DNA of 64,000 bases from an uncultured Lachnospiraceae bacterium (GTDB lineage Bacteria > Bacillota > Clostridia > Lachnospirales > Lachnospiraceae): positions 7,567-71,566 of the forward strand of contig CAMNTQ010000004.1 in assembly GCA_946558695.1 (NCBI GenBank), given 5' to 3'. Positions 1 to 10,176 of this stretch are shown in pieces. Numbering within the stretch: position 1 is the first letter of the stretch; each line of letters starts with the position of its first letter. The translations under genes were made by a program, and so were the position numbers. Below the pieces are notes generated by a model. The model saw nothing but the letters and a program-made list of their open reading frames with translations, ran no database searches and was not told where the DNA came from.

Positions 1-990
1 AGAAAATTCGCTCAGCAGCCGGCGATTCCGGGACAGATGGAGTCTCCTGGATACTCCTACGAATTCTTTGGAGGAGCGGCTACCTACTGTATTTTCCCGA
101 ATGATGTCATCGAAAAGGGATGTATCTGGGAATATGACGGGGACAGCTATTTTGAGGCGTCGCTCGGTGAGCCGATGAGCTGCTGTATCGGCGGATATCA
201 CAGTAATTACCATGTAGAGCATCTTTCCTATGAGCATAAGATGGGAACTCTGCCGGGAGGAAATATTCTAATCCTCGGCGGATGCGGACCGATGGGGCTT
301 GGAGCCGTAAGCTATGGCCTTGCATTTGAAAATAAACCGAAGCGCATTGTTGTTACGGATATCAATGATGACCGGATTGCAAGGGCGAAAGAGATGGTTC
401 CAGTATCGGAGGCAAAGGAAAAAGGCGTTGAACTTCATTATGTGAATACGGCAGACATGGAGGATCCGGTTGCAGAACTTAAGGCAATCACAGAAGGCAT
501 CGGATACAGCGACGTATTCGTATATGCTCCGATCAGGAGTGTCGCAGAGATGGGCAACAAGCTCCTTGCGGTAGACGGCTGTATGAATTTTTTCGCAGGC
601 CCTACAGATACGCAGTTTTCCGCAAGTATGAATCTCTATGACTGTCACTATGCAAGAACAAAGATCATGGGATCTACAGGCGGAAATACGGATGATATGA
701 AGGAGGCAATCGAGAAATCCGTAAAAGGTGAGATCAACTCAGCCGTAATGGTAACACATGTAGGCGGCATTGACTCGATCGTTGATACGACGAATAACCT
801 GCCGAACATTCCGGGAGGAAAGAAGCTTGCTTATATCCAGTTTGATATGCCGATGACAGCAATTGATGATTTCGGAAAGCTTGGAGAGACAGATCCGTTC
901 TACAAAGAGCTTGACGAGTGTTGTAAGAAACACAGAGGACTGTGGTCAAAAGAAGCGGAAGATATGTTATTTAAACATTTCTTAGGATAA
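1..990 (+). CDS. Zinc-type (MDR) dehydrogenase, L-sorbose-1-phosphate reductase-like; 5'-truncated by the window edge
   Basis: Frame open from base 1 (RKFAQQPAIPGQM...); EPMSC motif, Rossmann GGCGPMGLG, FFAGP and GSTGG motifs typical of SorE-like enzymes. Confidence 0.75.
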   Translation, partial: RKFAQQPAIPGQMESPGYSYEFFGGAATYCIFPNDVIEKGCIWEYDGDSYFEASLGEPMSCCIGGYHSNYHVEHLSYEHKMGTLPGGNILILGGCGPMGLGAVSYGLAFENKPKRIVVTDINDDRIARAKEMVPVSEAKEKGVELHYVNTADMEDPVAELKAITEGIGYSDVFVYAPIRSVAEMGNKLLAVDGCMNFFAGPTDTQFSASMNLYDCHYARTKIMGSTGGNTDDMKEAIEKSVKGEINSAVMVTHVGGIDSIVDTTNNLPNIPGGKKLAYIQFDMPMTAIDDFGKLGETDPFYKELDECCKKHRGLWSKEAEDMLFKHFLG

Positions 991-1002
991 ATTGATGTGG
1001 AA

Positions 1003-1036
1003 CGAGCCGCCTGATGTCAGGCGGCTCGGGTTTTTT
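1003..1036 (+). terminator. Intrinsic terminator
   Basis: CGAGCCGCCTGA-TG-TCAGGCGGCTCG hairpin followed by a T-run, just after the stop codon. Confidence 0.85.
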
Positions 1037-1038
1037 AT

Positions 1039-1443
1039 CTATATAGTATACGGCGCAATCCGGCAGCCATGTTCCTTTGTTTTTTTATCATAACTGATTC
1101 CGACCAGAAGGAGATCCCCGCTGTAATCTTTCAGTGCTTTCGGATAACATCGTTCTTTGATCTGTGCGATAGCGCTCTCTGCGGTTTTATTCCACTTTAG
1201 CTCTATTAAAAGCGCCGATTTGTCAGAGAATTGCTTCCTCGGAAGGTATATCATGCCCGCCCGCCCTTTTCCGGCCGGCATCTCCCGGATTACAGTATAA
1301 TAATTGCGGGCAACGTAAAATACCAGTGAGATGGTATAGCTGAGTGCGTTTTCGTTATTATACTGCAGATAGGAGCTTTCATAATGTGCTTCCTGCGCAG
1401 CTTTTGCAACAAAATCTTCGTTACAGTCCCAGACGGCTTCCAA
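1039..1443 (-). pseudogene. C-terminal PD-(D/E)XK nuclease fragment of an AAA-ATPase/nuclease protein
   Basis: YNNENALS, REMPAGKG, LIELKW, AIAQIKERCY and LLVGISYDK match the tail of these proteins; the AAA domain is absent, there is no good start, and the catalytic D appears replaced (GRAGMI). Confidence 0.7.
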
Positions 1444-1629
1444 TGCCGTATGGGAATTTTCCCGGTTTACTTAATTCCCTGAACGACATGATCCCCAAAA
1501 TGTAAATCTCAAAAAATACTCGGCAGGATTCCTTATATTTTTTTATTGCATCATGATATTCCAGACGATATACTGGTTATAAAAGAGAATTGGCACGGAA
1601 TAATCTGCGTATCGGAGAGGAATGAGAAT

Positions 1630-3735
1630 ATGGAGCAAAAGACAGAACAGAAAACAGAACAAAAAAAGGGAGTATCCGCACTTGATTTTTTCTGTATTGG
1701 TTTTGGCGCGATCGTAGGCGTCGGCTGGGCAGTTTCGATCAATAGCTGGATGAACAGCAGCGGAGGTCCTCTGCCAGCGGCGGCAGGCTATATGGTGGCT
1801 ATGGTACTCATGGTTCCGATCGCGCTGTGTTATTGCGAATTGTGTACGATGCTCCCGGTGTCCGGAGGCGGCATGGCTTACGCATTCCGGGCATTCGGAG
1901 ACAGGATTGCTTTTTTGTCCGGGTGGGCCGCATTCGGAGCGTTTATTACGATCATTCCTTGGGAGGCTATCTATGTTGTGGATATCCTGAGCATTGTCTT
2001 CCCGGTATTGAAGGCCGGATCGCCGATCTATACACTTGCCGGAGCGGATATTTATGCAGGACATATCCTGCTTGGAACGGTGATTTCTATTATGCTTTAT
2101 TCCATTAACAGAAAAGGCGTCGCATCGTCGGCATCCCTGCAAAAAGTTCTTTGCATGGCGCTAGTTGGCGCTGGGATTCTGGCAATGATTTGTGCGGTGG
2201 TCAAGTTCGATGTCGGAAATCTCAGGCCGTTTTATGAAAATACAGGAATAGGAACGCATAGCTCCTTTGCAGGCGGCATGGCTTCGATTCTTGCGTCAGT
2301 GCCATTCTTTCTGGCCGGTTTTGAGACGATTCCGCAAGGTATTGAAAGCGCTGGCGGCGATACAAAAGGAGTGGGGAGGACCGTAGTCGTGACGGTGGTT
2401 CTATCCTGCCTGTTTTATGCGCTTTTGTTGTTTACGTTAGGCGGCGCCCTTCCGTGGAAAGATTTTATAAAATTTTCTAATCCTTCTGCGGCGCTTATGT
2501 TCCGGGAGCTTTATCCGGGCGGAGCAGGGAATGTCCTGTATGTGTTGATTTTGCTTGGGGCGGTCTGCGGTCTTTTGACTACTTGGAATGGATTTATGAT
2601 GGCTTCATCACAGATCCTTATGGCTATGGCAAGGGTAAGTATTGTGCCTTTCAGTTTGTCAAAACAGCATCCCGTCTATAAGACACCAGTTAATGCCCTG
2701 AAAGTCAGTCTGGCCGCATCTTTAATCGGTCCATTCTTAGGGAGCGGGCTGATCGGTGCTTTGACCAGCTTTTCGGCAGCAGGCTATGTTGCAAGCTGGA
2801 TGATCACGGCATTTTCCCTGATTATTCTCCGGAAAAAAGAACCTGCGTTAAAACGCCCGTATAAAATTCCGGGCGGTCTGCCGACGGCATGGTTTGCGGC
2901 GGTCTGTATGACAGGATTGTTTATTCTTCTGTTTGTGCCGGGACAGCCGGTCTTCATGGGAGGCGCGGCGACATTGATCTTTGGGGCATGGATGATTGCG
3001 GGAGTAACTCTTTATCTGATGGATTACCGCGACAGAAAGCAGTATTCCACACTTACTAGGGCAACGTTCCTTTTTGCTAGCATGTCCGAATCCAATGCAA
3101 CGATTAGCATGCCAGGTTTTGTAGACAGCTTTGAAGATGATTATAAAGTTATGTCTTTCGTAGTTCCAAAGGATGCTGATTATGCCGGGAAGACGCTTTT
3201 GGAGCTTTACTGGGGGCGCAGGCAGAATGTATTTATCATTAAGATTGAGAGAAAGACCGAGATTATCCTTGTGCCGGGAGGAAGTACGCATGTATTCGGC
3301 GGCGACCGTGTATTTGCAGTCGGTGTTGCAAAAGCGCTTGACCGTTTCCGTGATTATCAGGATGTGGGGGCTAAGTATACCGTAGGCTCGCTTAAGGATT
3401 TTCTCGGTTACGGAGATACGGAAAAGCAATCGCCGCTTAGTTGTATTGAGTACCAAGTATTGCCTACAGATTCTTTCTGTGACAAGCTGATCAGAGAGTC
3501 AAGGATTCAGGATCGTTATCATTGCCTGATTGTAGGTTTAAAAACACCTTACAGTAAGATACTTGAACTTCCGACTGCGAGCACGATCATTGAGGCAGGA
3601 GATACTCTCTGGATGATGGGCTCGGAGGATGCCATTCATGATTTTGAGGAGCTTTGCAGGCAGGAGGCTTTGAAAAAAGAAGAAGAGACAGAGCGGGAAA
3701 TTTTGCAAAAAGACGGACAGATAACAGGTAACTGA
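1630..3735 (+). CDS. APC-family amino acid permease with two C-terminal TrkA-C (RCK_C) domains
   Basis: GFGAIVGVGW, PVSGGG, GFETI and RPYKIP APC motifs, about 12 hydrophobic segments; soluble tail with GKTLLEL...IIKIER...GDRVFAVG and a second similar repeat; RBS GGAGAGG before ATG 1630. Confidence 0.85.
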   Translation: MEQKTEQKTEQKKGVSALDFFCIGFGAIVGVGWAVSINSWMNSSGGPLPAAAGYMVAMVLMVPIALCYCELCTMLPVSGGGMAYAFRAFGDRIAFLSGWAAFGAFITIIPWEAIYVVDILSIVFPVLKAGSPIYTLAGADIYAGHILLGTVISIMLYSINRKGVASSASLQKVLCMALVGAGILAMICAVVKFDVGNLRPFYENTGIGTHSSFAGGMASILASVPFFLAGFETIPQGIESAGGDTKGVGRTVVVTVVLSCLFYALLLFTLGGALPWKDFIKFSNPSAALMFRELYPGGAGNVLYVLILLGAVCGLLTTWNGFMMASSQILMAMARVSIVPFSLSKQHPVYKTPVNALKVSLAASLIGPFLGSGLIGALTSFSAAGYVASWMITAFSLIILRKKEPALKRPYKIPGGLPTAWFAAVCMTGLFILLFVPGQPVFMGGAATLIFGAWMIAGVTLYLMDYRDRKQYSTLTRATFLFASMSESNATISMPGFVDSFEDDYKVMSFVVPKDADYAGKTLLELYWGRRQNVFIIKIERKTEIILVPGGSTHVFGGDRVFAVGVAKALDRFRDYQDVGAKYTVGSLKDFLGYGDTEKQSPLSCIEYQVLPTDSFCDKLIRESRIQDRYHCLIVGLKTPYSKILELPTASTIIEAGDTLWMMGSEDAIHDFEELCRQEALKKEEETEREILQKDGQITGN

Positions 3736-3753
3736 AGATTTTAAAATATGAAG

Positions 3754-3798
3754 AAAGAACCGGGAGCGGGATGAGTTTTAGCCTGCTCCCGGTTCTTT
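3754..3798 (+). terminator. Intrinsic terminator
   Basis: AAAGAACCGGGAGCGGG...CCTGCTCCCGGTTCTTT inverted repeat after the stop codon. Confidence 0.8.
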
Positions 3799-3819
3799 AA
3801 GAAAAAATTTTCTATTTTA

Positions 3820-3847
3820 TGTAACGAATTCGGATGTAATTCGTCTA
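3820..3847 (+). promoter_or_regulatory. ECF sigma-type promoter, likely autoregulatory
   Basis: TGTAAC-N16-CGTCTA about 100 bp upstream of the ECF sigma gene; fits the TGAAAC-N16-CGTC ECF consensus. Confidence 0.65.
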
Positions 3848-3946
3848 ATAAATAAACAAAGCCTGCAGAAGTTTTTTAAAAAATATTTGTGTATGATGCT
3901 GTCAATATCGGCAAAATAATATGCTGACAGGAAAAGAGGTGATGAA

Positions 3947-4435
3947 GTGAAGATAGATTTTGAGGACGTATATAACAGGTTTTTTAAAGACGTATACCTC
4001 TTTGTGCTTGCTATGAGCGAAAATCCTTCAGTTGCGGAGGATATCACTCAGGAGACATTTTTTAGAGCATTAAAAGAGATTAATAATTTCAAAGGAGATT
4101 GTTCTGTCAAATCGTGGCTGTGTCAGATAGCAAAGAATCTCTATATTGATGATGCGCGGCGGAAAAAGCGTTTTCAGTCTGTGAAGAAGAAATTGGCGGA
4201 TGGGGATTCAAAAACGGGAGCTGCGGAATTATCGGTTATTCGCAGGGAAGAAGTGCTCTCTATCTATAAAGTGCTTCATCGTCTGGAAGAACCGTATAAA
4301 GAGGTATTCAGTCTGCGGACGCTGGGTGAGCTGAGTTTCAGAGAGATTGCGGACATATTTGAAAAAAGCGAGAGCTGGGCGAGAGTTACGTATCATCGGG
4401 CGAAGCTTCAGATCCGAAGTATGATAAAACTCTGA
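3947..4435 (+). CDS. ECF-family RNA polymerase sigma factor
   Basis: AEDITQETF, SWLCQIAKN (region 2), LSFREIADIF...RVTYHRAK (region 4); GTG start with GAGGTG RBS. Confidence 0.93.
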   Translation: MKIDFEDVYNRFFKDVYLFVLAMSENPSVAEDITQETFFRALKEINNFKGDCSVKSWLCQIAKNLYIDDARRKKRFQSVKKKLADGDSKTGAAELSVIRREEVLSIYKVLHRLEEPYKEVFSLRTLGELSFREIADIFEKSESWARVTYHRAKLQIRSMIKL

Positions 4436-4503
4436 GGAGATGTCTGCAAGGGAATGATCCGCGTCAGAGCTGACGCAAAGGTAGATTTTGAAGGAGGTAT
4501 CTT

Positions 4504-5367
4504 ATGAGCAGGATTTCATGTAATGTGAATCAAGATCTGCTTCCGCTGTATGTAGACGATGTGTGCAGTGAGGAGAGTAAAGATCTGGTAGAAGAGCACT
4601 TGTCTGAGTGTGAGGAATGTCAGAATTATTATGAAGCGCTGAAGGAGGGGATTCCGGAAGCAGAGGTGAAAGAAGACAAAGAAAATATTTTTTCGGAAGA
4701 AAAAGTAAGACAGGCGTCAGCCTCCATTATTAAAGATATCAAAAAGCGGATATCCCGGAGGCAGACACAGACGTTCTGCGTGGTGGCGGCAATTGTTTTT
4801 ATACTGGTATTTTTGATCCGTGGTATGAATGGTGCGTATAGTTATTCAAGGTTAGAGAAATTTCCGCTATTCGATGTTAGGCTCAAGGCCAGTGATATGC
4901 ATGTTACAGAGCTTTATCAGCTTCAGAACGGGTATCTGTATATCACGGTAGAAACGGATAAAATGTTCAGTATATCAGCCGGCGGCAACCTGAATGAAAT
5001 TACGGATAAGAACAAGGGCGGTACAGGAGAATATAGAGGACAAATAGAATTAAAAAGGGAGCTGTGGGGGGATTCCGTTCGGATGAGGAAATGCTCGTTC
5101 ATCTACCCGCTTACTGGGCAAACGATGGATGCTGAAGGTGAACTTGTTGAATGCGAGGACTCTGCCATCTATTTGCAGGGGAAAGGCAATGAGATGGTGA
5201 AGGTCTGGGAGAAAGGGCAGGCAGTGGAAAAGGCGCCTCCGGAGATTGAAGGAGTGGCGAAAAAGGAGATAGAAGCAGAGGATGCAAGGCGGCGTGCATG
5301 GAATGAGGACGACTATGAATGTAAGAATGGTCCCTATGTGATTATGGAAGATGGGAGTGATTTTTAG
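4504..5367 (+). CDS. Zinc-finger (zf-HC2) anti-sigma factor, single transmembrane
   Basis: CNVNQDLLPLY...HLSECEEC motif, one TM helix, extracytoplasmic domain; directly follows the ECF sigma. Confidence 0.88.
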   Translation: MSRISCNVNQDLLPLYVDDVCSEESKDLVEEHLSECEECQNYYEALKEGIPEAEVKEDKENIFSEEKVRQASASIIKDIKKRISRRQTQTFCVVAAIVFILVFLIRGMNGAYSYSRLEKFPLFDVRLKASDMHVTELYQLQNGYLYITVETDKMFSISAGGNLNEITDKNKGGTGEYRGQIELKRELWGDSVRMRKCSFIYPLTGQTMDAEGELVECEDSAIYLQGKGNEMVKVWEKGQAVEKAPPEIEGVAKKEIEAEDARRRAWNEDDYECKNGPYVIMEDGSDF

Positions 5368-5400
5368 CGCTGTTTTGCAAGGAATTGGGAAGTGATGAGG

Positions 5401-5427
5401 TTAGTTTTTCTGCAAATCGGACGATAT
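5401..5427 (+). promoter_or_regulatory. Putative sigma-28 (SigD/FliA) promoter
   Basis: TTAG-N15-GACGATAT versus consensus TAAA-N15-GCCGATAT, upstream of the 5481 gene. Confidence 0.45.
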
Positions 5428-5480
5428 ATTATTATAGAAAGAACGGAATGATTTAATAAGATAATACGAGGAGGGGTTCG

Positions 5481-6617
5481 ATGAGCAGGATAACGAATGC
5501 GGTCTCGCAGGTTACAGGAAAGAATGTCCAGACAGTATCCCCGAAGACAGAGGTAAAGGAAGCGCCGGAAAGCGGCAGGAAGTATATTTTGAAGGATGAG
5601 TTTACTCTTTCCGAAGGGTGGCCCGGCCAGACGGAGTTAAAAAAAGCAATTGTTACGGAACTTGCCACGCTGCAGAAAGATTTTTCAAAGGTTCATATTG
5701 TGATTGGGACAGGGATAGATGAAGGAAATCTTGCATCTACGGCAGCAGGACTCGGCACAGGAAAGCATTTGATCATATCAGGAGATTGGCTTGAGCAGAT
5801 GGGAAAAGATGCGGAATCATTTGAAAAGGGAAAGACCATACTTAGGCAGATTCTTACGCAGCTTTCTAAAGAGTCGGAAGGAATTCCTGCGCAGGGCGCT
5901 TACATCGGGGAAGATGAAGTAAGAGTGTGGGTGGTCAAAGATTCGGTTCAGGAGGAAAAGGATGATCCGTATGCGGAAGAAAAACGTGTGATAGAACAGA
6001 TGAAAAAGATGACGGAAGACATGAAGAATGCGAAGAATAAGAGCCGTATCAACGTGTCGGCATCTACATTTTCTGTATCTGGAATTTATTCCCGGCTGGC
6101 GGGAGCGAAGAGCAAAGGTCAGGTGCAGGCGGCGATGGGAGAGGCCAGACGCAGTATTGGAATCCTGCGGACGGTCGTAAGTCTCGGCAGCCAGAAGGAG
6201 GCGGCCAAAGCGCGATCGGCAATTAATTCTATACAAAAGGCTCTGGTCAGAGGCAACCGTAAGATCCGTCGTCTCAATGAAGAGGAGCTTACGAAATTAA
6301 AGAAAAAGAGGGCGACAGAAAAGAAAAAGCAGGAGAAGCTTAAGCTGGAGCTTCAGAAAAAGCGCAATGCCCGCAGGATTGCGGACAGAGGCATTGCCAT
6401 GGAGGGACATCTTGCAGATGCGAATCATGCAGTACAGTTCCGTAATCGGGATGAGGAAGAGCGGTATATGGATTATTCACCGTATACGGCGGCAGCGGCG
6501 GCGGTGCCGGAGATGCCGGTAGATACGATCGCTGCAGGAGGAGATATGGCCGGCGCTATAGCGGTTTCCGATATTTCTGTTTCGGCAGGCATATCGTTTG
6601 ACCAGATGCTGGTATGA
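5481..6617 (+). CDS. Hypothetical protein, Lys/Arg-rich helical
   Basis: 378-aa ORF with strong GAGGAGG RBS; coiled-coil character; ends GISFDQMLV. Confidence 0.8.
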   Translation: MSRITNAVSQVTGKNVQTVSPKTEVKEAPESGRKYILKDEFTLSEGWPGQTELKKAIVTELATLQKDFSKVHIVIGTGIDEGNLASTAAGLGTGKHLIISGDWLEQMGKDAESFEKGKTILRQILTQLSKESEGIPAQGAYIGEDEVRVWVVKDSVQEEKDDPYAEEKRVIEQMKKMTEDMKNAKNKSRINVSASTFSVSGIYSRLAGAKSKGQVQAAMGEARRSIGILRTVVSLGSQKEAAKARSAINSIQKALVRGNRKIRRLNEEELTKLKKKRATEKKKQEKLKLELQKKRNARRIADRGIAMEGHLADANHAVQFRNRDEEERYMDYSPYTAAAAAVPEMPVDTIAAGGDMAGAIAVSDISVSAGISFDQMLV

Positions 6618-6682
6618 TCGCGGGAGTACAGAGTGCGGAGCAGTCCATAGTATCATCACGATGTATAAGGAGAGAAAAAAGA

Positions 6683-7042
6683 ATGAGTATATTATTTTTA
6701 GAATATCCGAAATGCAGTACATGTAAAAAAGCAAAAGAATGGCTGAGAGTGCAGGGCGTTGACTTTGAATCGCGTCATATTGTTGAAGAGAATCCTACGG
6801 CGGAGGAACTTTCTTCGTGGCATAAAAAGAGCGGATTTGGGATAAAGCGGTTTATCAACACAAGCGGTATGAAATACAGAGAGATGCAGCTTAAAGATAA
6901 ACTTCCGGATATGTCCGATGAAGAGGTATACGATCTTCTTGCTTCAGATGGAATGCTAGTGAAGAGACCTATCATAGTGGGTAAGGATTTTGCACTTCCT
7001 GGATTTAAAGAAGCAGAATGGAAAGAAAAATTAAAAGTGTGA
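6683..7042 (+). CDS. Arsenate reductase (ArsC/Spx) family protein
   Basis: YPKCSTCKKA CxxC motif, NTSGMKYR and GMLVKRP; AGGAG RBS. Confidence 0.92.
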   Translation: MSILFLEYPKCSTCKKAKEWLRVQGVDFESRHIVEENPTAEELSSWHKKSGFGIKRFINTSGMKYREMQLKDKLPDMSDEEVYDLLASDGMLVKRPIIVGKDFALPGFKEAEWKEKLKV

Positions 7043-7059
7043 AAGAATACTGATTTTTT

Positions 7060-7105
7060 ACGGACAGTGTGAAAAAGGCAGGTGATGCTTTTTCATACTG
7101 TCCGT
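7060..7105. terminator. Probable bidirectional terminator between convergent genes
   Basis: ACGGACAGTGTGAAAAAG...CTTTTTCATACTGTCCGT inverted repeat. Confidence 0.75.
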
Positions 7106-7173
7106 GTTTATTTTCTGCTGTATGGGAATGTTCTGTGCTAGTCTTTTGGGAGATTTGAACCGGCTTCTTAATA

Positions 7174-7959
7174 TTATCCCAGCGCCACGTCCAGGATCAT
7201 CATCAGTGCGAATCCCAGCGCTACTCCGATAGTCCCTATGTTTGAGTGTTCCCCGCTTTGGGATTCTGGTATCAATTCCTCAACTACCACATAGATCATC
7301 GCTCCTGCCGCAAATGAAAGCATGTATGGAAGGATGCGCGTTGCGCTCTCAGCAAGGAGAATGGTGATCAGCCCTCCTGCGGGTTCTACAATACCGGATA
7401 ATACTCCTGCGGCAAATGCCTTTTTACGAGACATCCCTTCGCTTCTGAGGGGCATAGAGATAATAGCTCCCTCTGGAAAGTTCTGGATGGCAATTCCGAC
7501 GGACAGCACAAATGCTCCTGCCAAGGTGATTCCTGTATTTCCAAGCATCGCTCCTGCCAGAGTAACGCCTACAGCCATACCCTCCGGGAGATTATGGAGA
7601 GTTACAGCAAAAAGCAGCATGGTAGTTCTGGAAAGCGCTGTACGGATTCCTTCGGGCTTGTCGCTGTCCTTATGAAGATGGGGGATTAGACTGTCTAGTA
7701 GAAGCAGGAACGCTATGCCAAAAAGGAATCCTGCCGCTGCCGGAATCCATCCGATTATGTTCTGCGCTTCGGAAAGTTCAATCGCTGGAATCAGTAAAGA
7801 CCAGACAGAAGCCGCAACCATCACTCCTGAGGCAAAACCTAGAAGCAGCTTTTCGACCTTTGAGTTCATCTCGCCCCGCATAAAAAATACCATCGCTGAA
7901 CCAAGCGATGTTCCAAGAAACGGAATCATTAAAATAGCAAACGCCTGCAAATATATCAC
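7174..7959 (-). CDS. zupT: ZIP-family metal transporter (ZupT/GufA type)
   Basis: GFASGVM, HNLPEGMAVG, QNFPEG, SGIVEP and ELIPE motifs. Confidence 0.9.
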   Translation of the reverse strand: MIYLQAFAILMIPFLGTSLGSAMVFFMRGEMNSKVEKLLLGFASGVMVAASVWSLLIPAIELSEAQNIIGWIPAAAGFLFGIAFLLLLDSLIPHLHKDSDKPEGIRTALSRTTMLLFAVTLHNLPEGMAVGVTLAGAMLGNTGITLAGAFVLSVGIAIQNFPEGAIISMPLRSEGMSRKKAFAAGVLSGIVEPAGGLITILLAESATRILPYMLSFAAGAMIYVVVEELIPESQSGEHSNIGTIGVALGFALMMILDVALG

Positions 7960-8127
7960 CCTCTAACTATAATTACCCACGAGTCTCAGTATTATTATAT
8001 TCTCCTAATGGAAAGATGTCATTCAAAAAAATAAGAATTTTCCTGCAGGCAATGGAAAATGCATATTTTTCAATAAGTTTGGGAATTTTACTTTCGTAGT
8101 GACATGTTCACGGAAACGGAGGATTTT

Positions 8128-10155
8128 ATGCGACAGGAATGGACTTCATTTAAGGGCGGAATCTGGGAAAAGGAGATTAACGTCCGGGATTTTATCCAAA
8201 AGAATTATACACCGTATGAGGGTGACGAATCATTTCTTGCCGCCCCTACACAGGCCACGAAGGAGCTCTGGGAGCAGGTGTTAAGGCTTTCTGAGGAGGA
8301 GCGTAAAAAGGGCGGCGTCCTCGATATGGATACAAAGGTCGTATCAGGCATTACTTCCCACGGACCGGGATATCTTGACAAGGATAAAGAAAAGATCGTA
8401 GGATTTCAGACGGACAAGCCCTTTAAGCGTGCCTTACAGCCCTACGGCGGTATCCGTATGGCCATAAAGGCGTGCGAGGATAACGGATATCAGGTAGATC
8501 CTGAGATAGTGGAATTTTTTAAGAAACACAGGAAGACGCATAACGACGGCGTGTTTGATGCATATACGCCGGAGATGCGGGCCTGCCGTTCCAGCCACAT
8601 TATTACAGGGCTTCCGGACGCGTACGGACGCGGACGTATTATCGGTGATTACAGGCGCGTGGCGCTTTATGGATTGGACCGTCTCATTGAAGACAAGCAA
8701 AGGCAGAAGGACGGAACGAGAATCATCATGTATTCGGATGTAACGAGGCAGCGCGAGGAGTTGTCGGAGCAGATCAAAGCATTGAAGGAATTAAAAGAAC
8801 TCGGAAGTATTTACGGCTTTGATATCTCCGGGCCTGCACAAAATGTAAAGGAAGCGATCCAGTGGCTGTATTTCGGCTATCTGGCGGCAATCAAGGAGCA
8901 AAATGGAGCTGCCATGTCTCTGGGGCGGACATCCACATTTCTCGATATATATGCAGAGCGCGATCTTGCAAATGGTACATTTACGGAGGAAGAAATTCAA
9001 GAGTTTGTTGACCACTTTATTATGAAGCTTAGACTCGTAAAATTTGCAAGAACACCAGAATATAACGCACTGTTCTCCGGCGATCCGACTTGGGTGACGG
9101 AGTCCATCGCAGGCATGGGGATTGACGGCCGTTCTATGGTTACGAAGATGTCTTTTAGATATCTTCATACCCTCTCGAATCTCGGGACGGCGCCGGAGCC
9201 GAATCTTACAGTTCTGTGGTCAGTCAGGCTTCCAGAAAACTTTAAGCGGTTCTGCGCGCGGACTTCTATTATGTCTTCGTCCATTCAGTATGAAAATGAC
9301 GACCTCATGCGAGTGACGCACGGAGATGATTATGCGATTGCATGCTGCGTATCGTCTATGCGCGTCGGGAAAGAGATGCAGTTCTTTGGTGCGAGGGCGA
9401 ACCTTGCGAAGTGTCTGCTCTATGCAATCAACGGCGGTGTAGATGAGATTTCAAAAAAGCAGGTTGGACCAAGGTATCGGCCGATTACATCCGAGTATCT
9501 GGATTATGATGAAGTAACGGACCGATTTAACGACATGATGAAGTGGCTGGCCCAGGTGTATGTTAACACCCTCAACATCATTCACTATATGCATGACAAA
9601 TACTGTTATGAACGTGTCCAGATGGCGCTTCATGACAAGAAAGTGACAAGGTGGTTTGCAACAGGTATTGCCGGGCTTTCTGTAGTGACAGATTCGCTTT
9701 CTGCGATTAAATATGCGAAGGTTAAGACGATCCGTGATGAGAATGGTATTGCAGTAGACTATGAGGTTGAGGGAGATTTTCCGAAATACGGCAATGATGA
9801 TGACCGGGCAGACGATATTGCCTATGATGTAGTGCGTGAGTTTATGCATTATGTTAAGGGGAATCATACTTACAGAGGCGGTATCCCAACGACATCGATT
9901 CTCACGATTACGTCAAACGTTGTATATGGGAAAAATACAGGCTCTACGCCTGACGGAAGGAAAGCGGGAGAAGCATTCGCGCCAGGGGCGAATCCGATGC
10001 ACCGCAGAGACAGCAAAGGTGCAATTGCTTCTTTAAGTTCCGTATCCAAGCTGCCATTTAAGGATGCGCAGGATGGGATTTCCAACACCTTTTCCATTAT
10101 TCCGGGAGCGCTTGGAAAAGAGGATACGGTGCTGTTTGACGATAACAGTTTTTGA
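8128..10155 (+). CDS. pflB: Pyruvate formate-lyase catalytic core lacking the C-terminal glycyl-radical domain
   Basis: [28 protein letters not shown], catalytic AIACCVS, PGANPMH; ends [24 protein letters not shown] with no RVSGY motif; GGAGGA RBS before ATG 8128. Confidence 0.95.
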   Translation: MRQEWTSFKGGIWEKEINVRDFIQKNYTPYEGDESFLAAPTQATKELWEQVLRLSEEERKKGGVLDMDTKVVSGITSHGPGYLDKDKEKIVGFQTDKPFKRALQPYGGIRMAIKACEDNGYQVDPEIVEFFKKHRKTHNDGVFDAYTPEMRACRSSHIITGLPDAYGRGRIIGDYRRVALYGLDRLIEDKQRQKDGTRIIMYSDVTRQREELSEQIKALKELKELGSIYGFDISGPAQNVKEAIQWLYFGYLAAIKEQNGAAMSLGRTSTFLDIYAERDLANGTFTEEEIQEFVDHFIMKLRLVKFARTPEYNALFSGDPTWVTESIAGMGIDGRSMVTKMSFRYLHTLSNLGTAPEPNLTVLWSVRLPENFKRFCARTSIMSSSIQYENDDLMRVTHGDDYAIACCVSSMRVGKEMQFFGARANLAKCLLYAINGGVDEISKKQVGPRYRPITSEYLDYDEVTDRFNDMMKWLAQVYVNTLNIIHYMHDKYCYERVQMALHDKKVTRWFATGIAGLSVVTDSLSAIKYAKVKTIRDENGIAVDYEVEGDFPKYGNDDDRADDIAYDVVREFMHYVKGNHTYRGGIPTTSILTITSNVVYGKNTGSTPDGRKAGEAFAPGANPMHRRDSKGAIASLSSVSKLPFKDAQDGISNTFSIIPGALGKEDTVLFDDNSF

Positions 10156-10176
10156 TTCAGAAGGAGGGAAAAGCAT

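Noticed and set aside
1546-1629. Upstream starts in the ORF track here and at 12629, 28183, 30942, 32256, 44363, 62249 and 63504
   Set aside because: Downstream ATGs have clear RBSs and match family N-termini
1633-1668. 12-bp repeat encoding EQKT three times
   Set aside because: Short in-frame low-complexity N-terminus with no frameshifting potential
7960-8127. ZTP (pfl) riboswitch upstream of pflB
   Set aside because: Conserved GACUGGCG and CGCCUGGGC elements are not present
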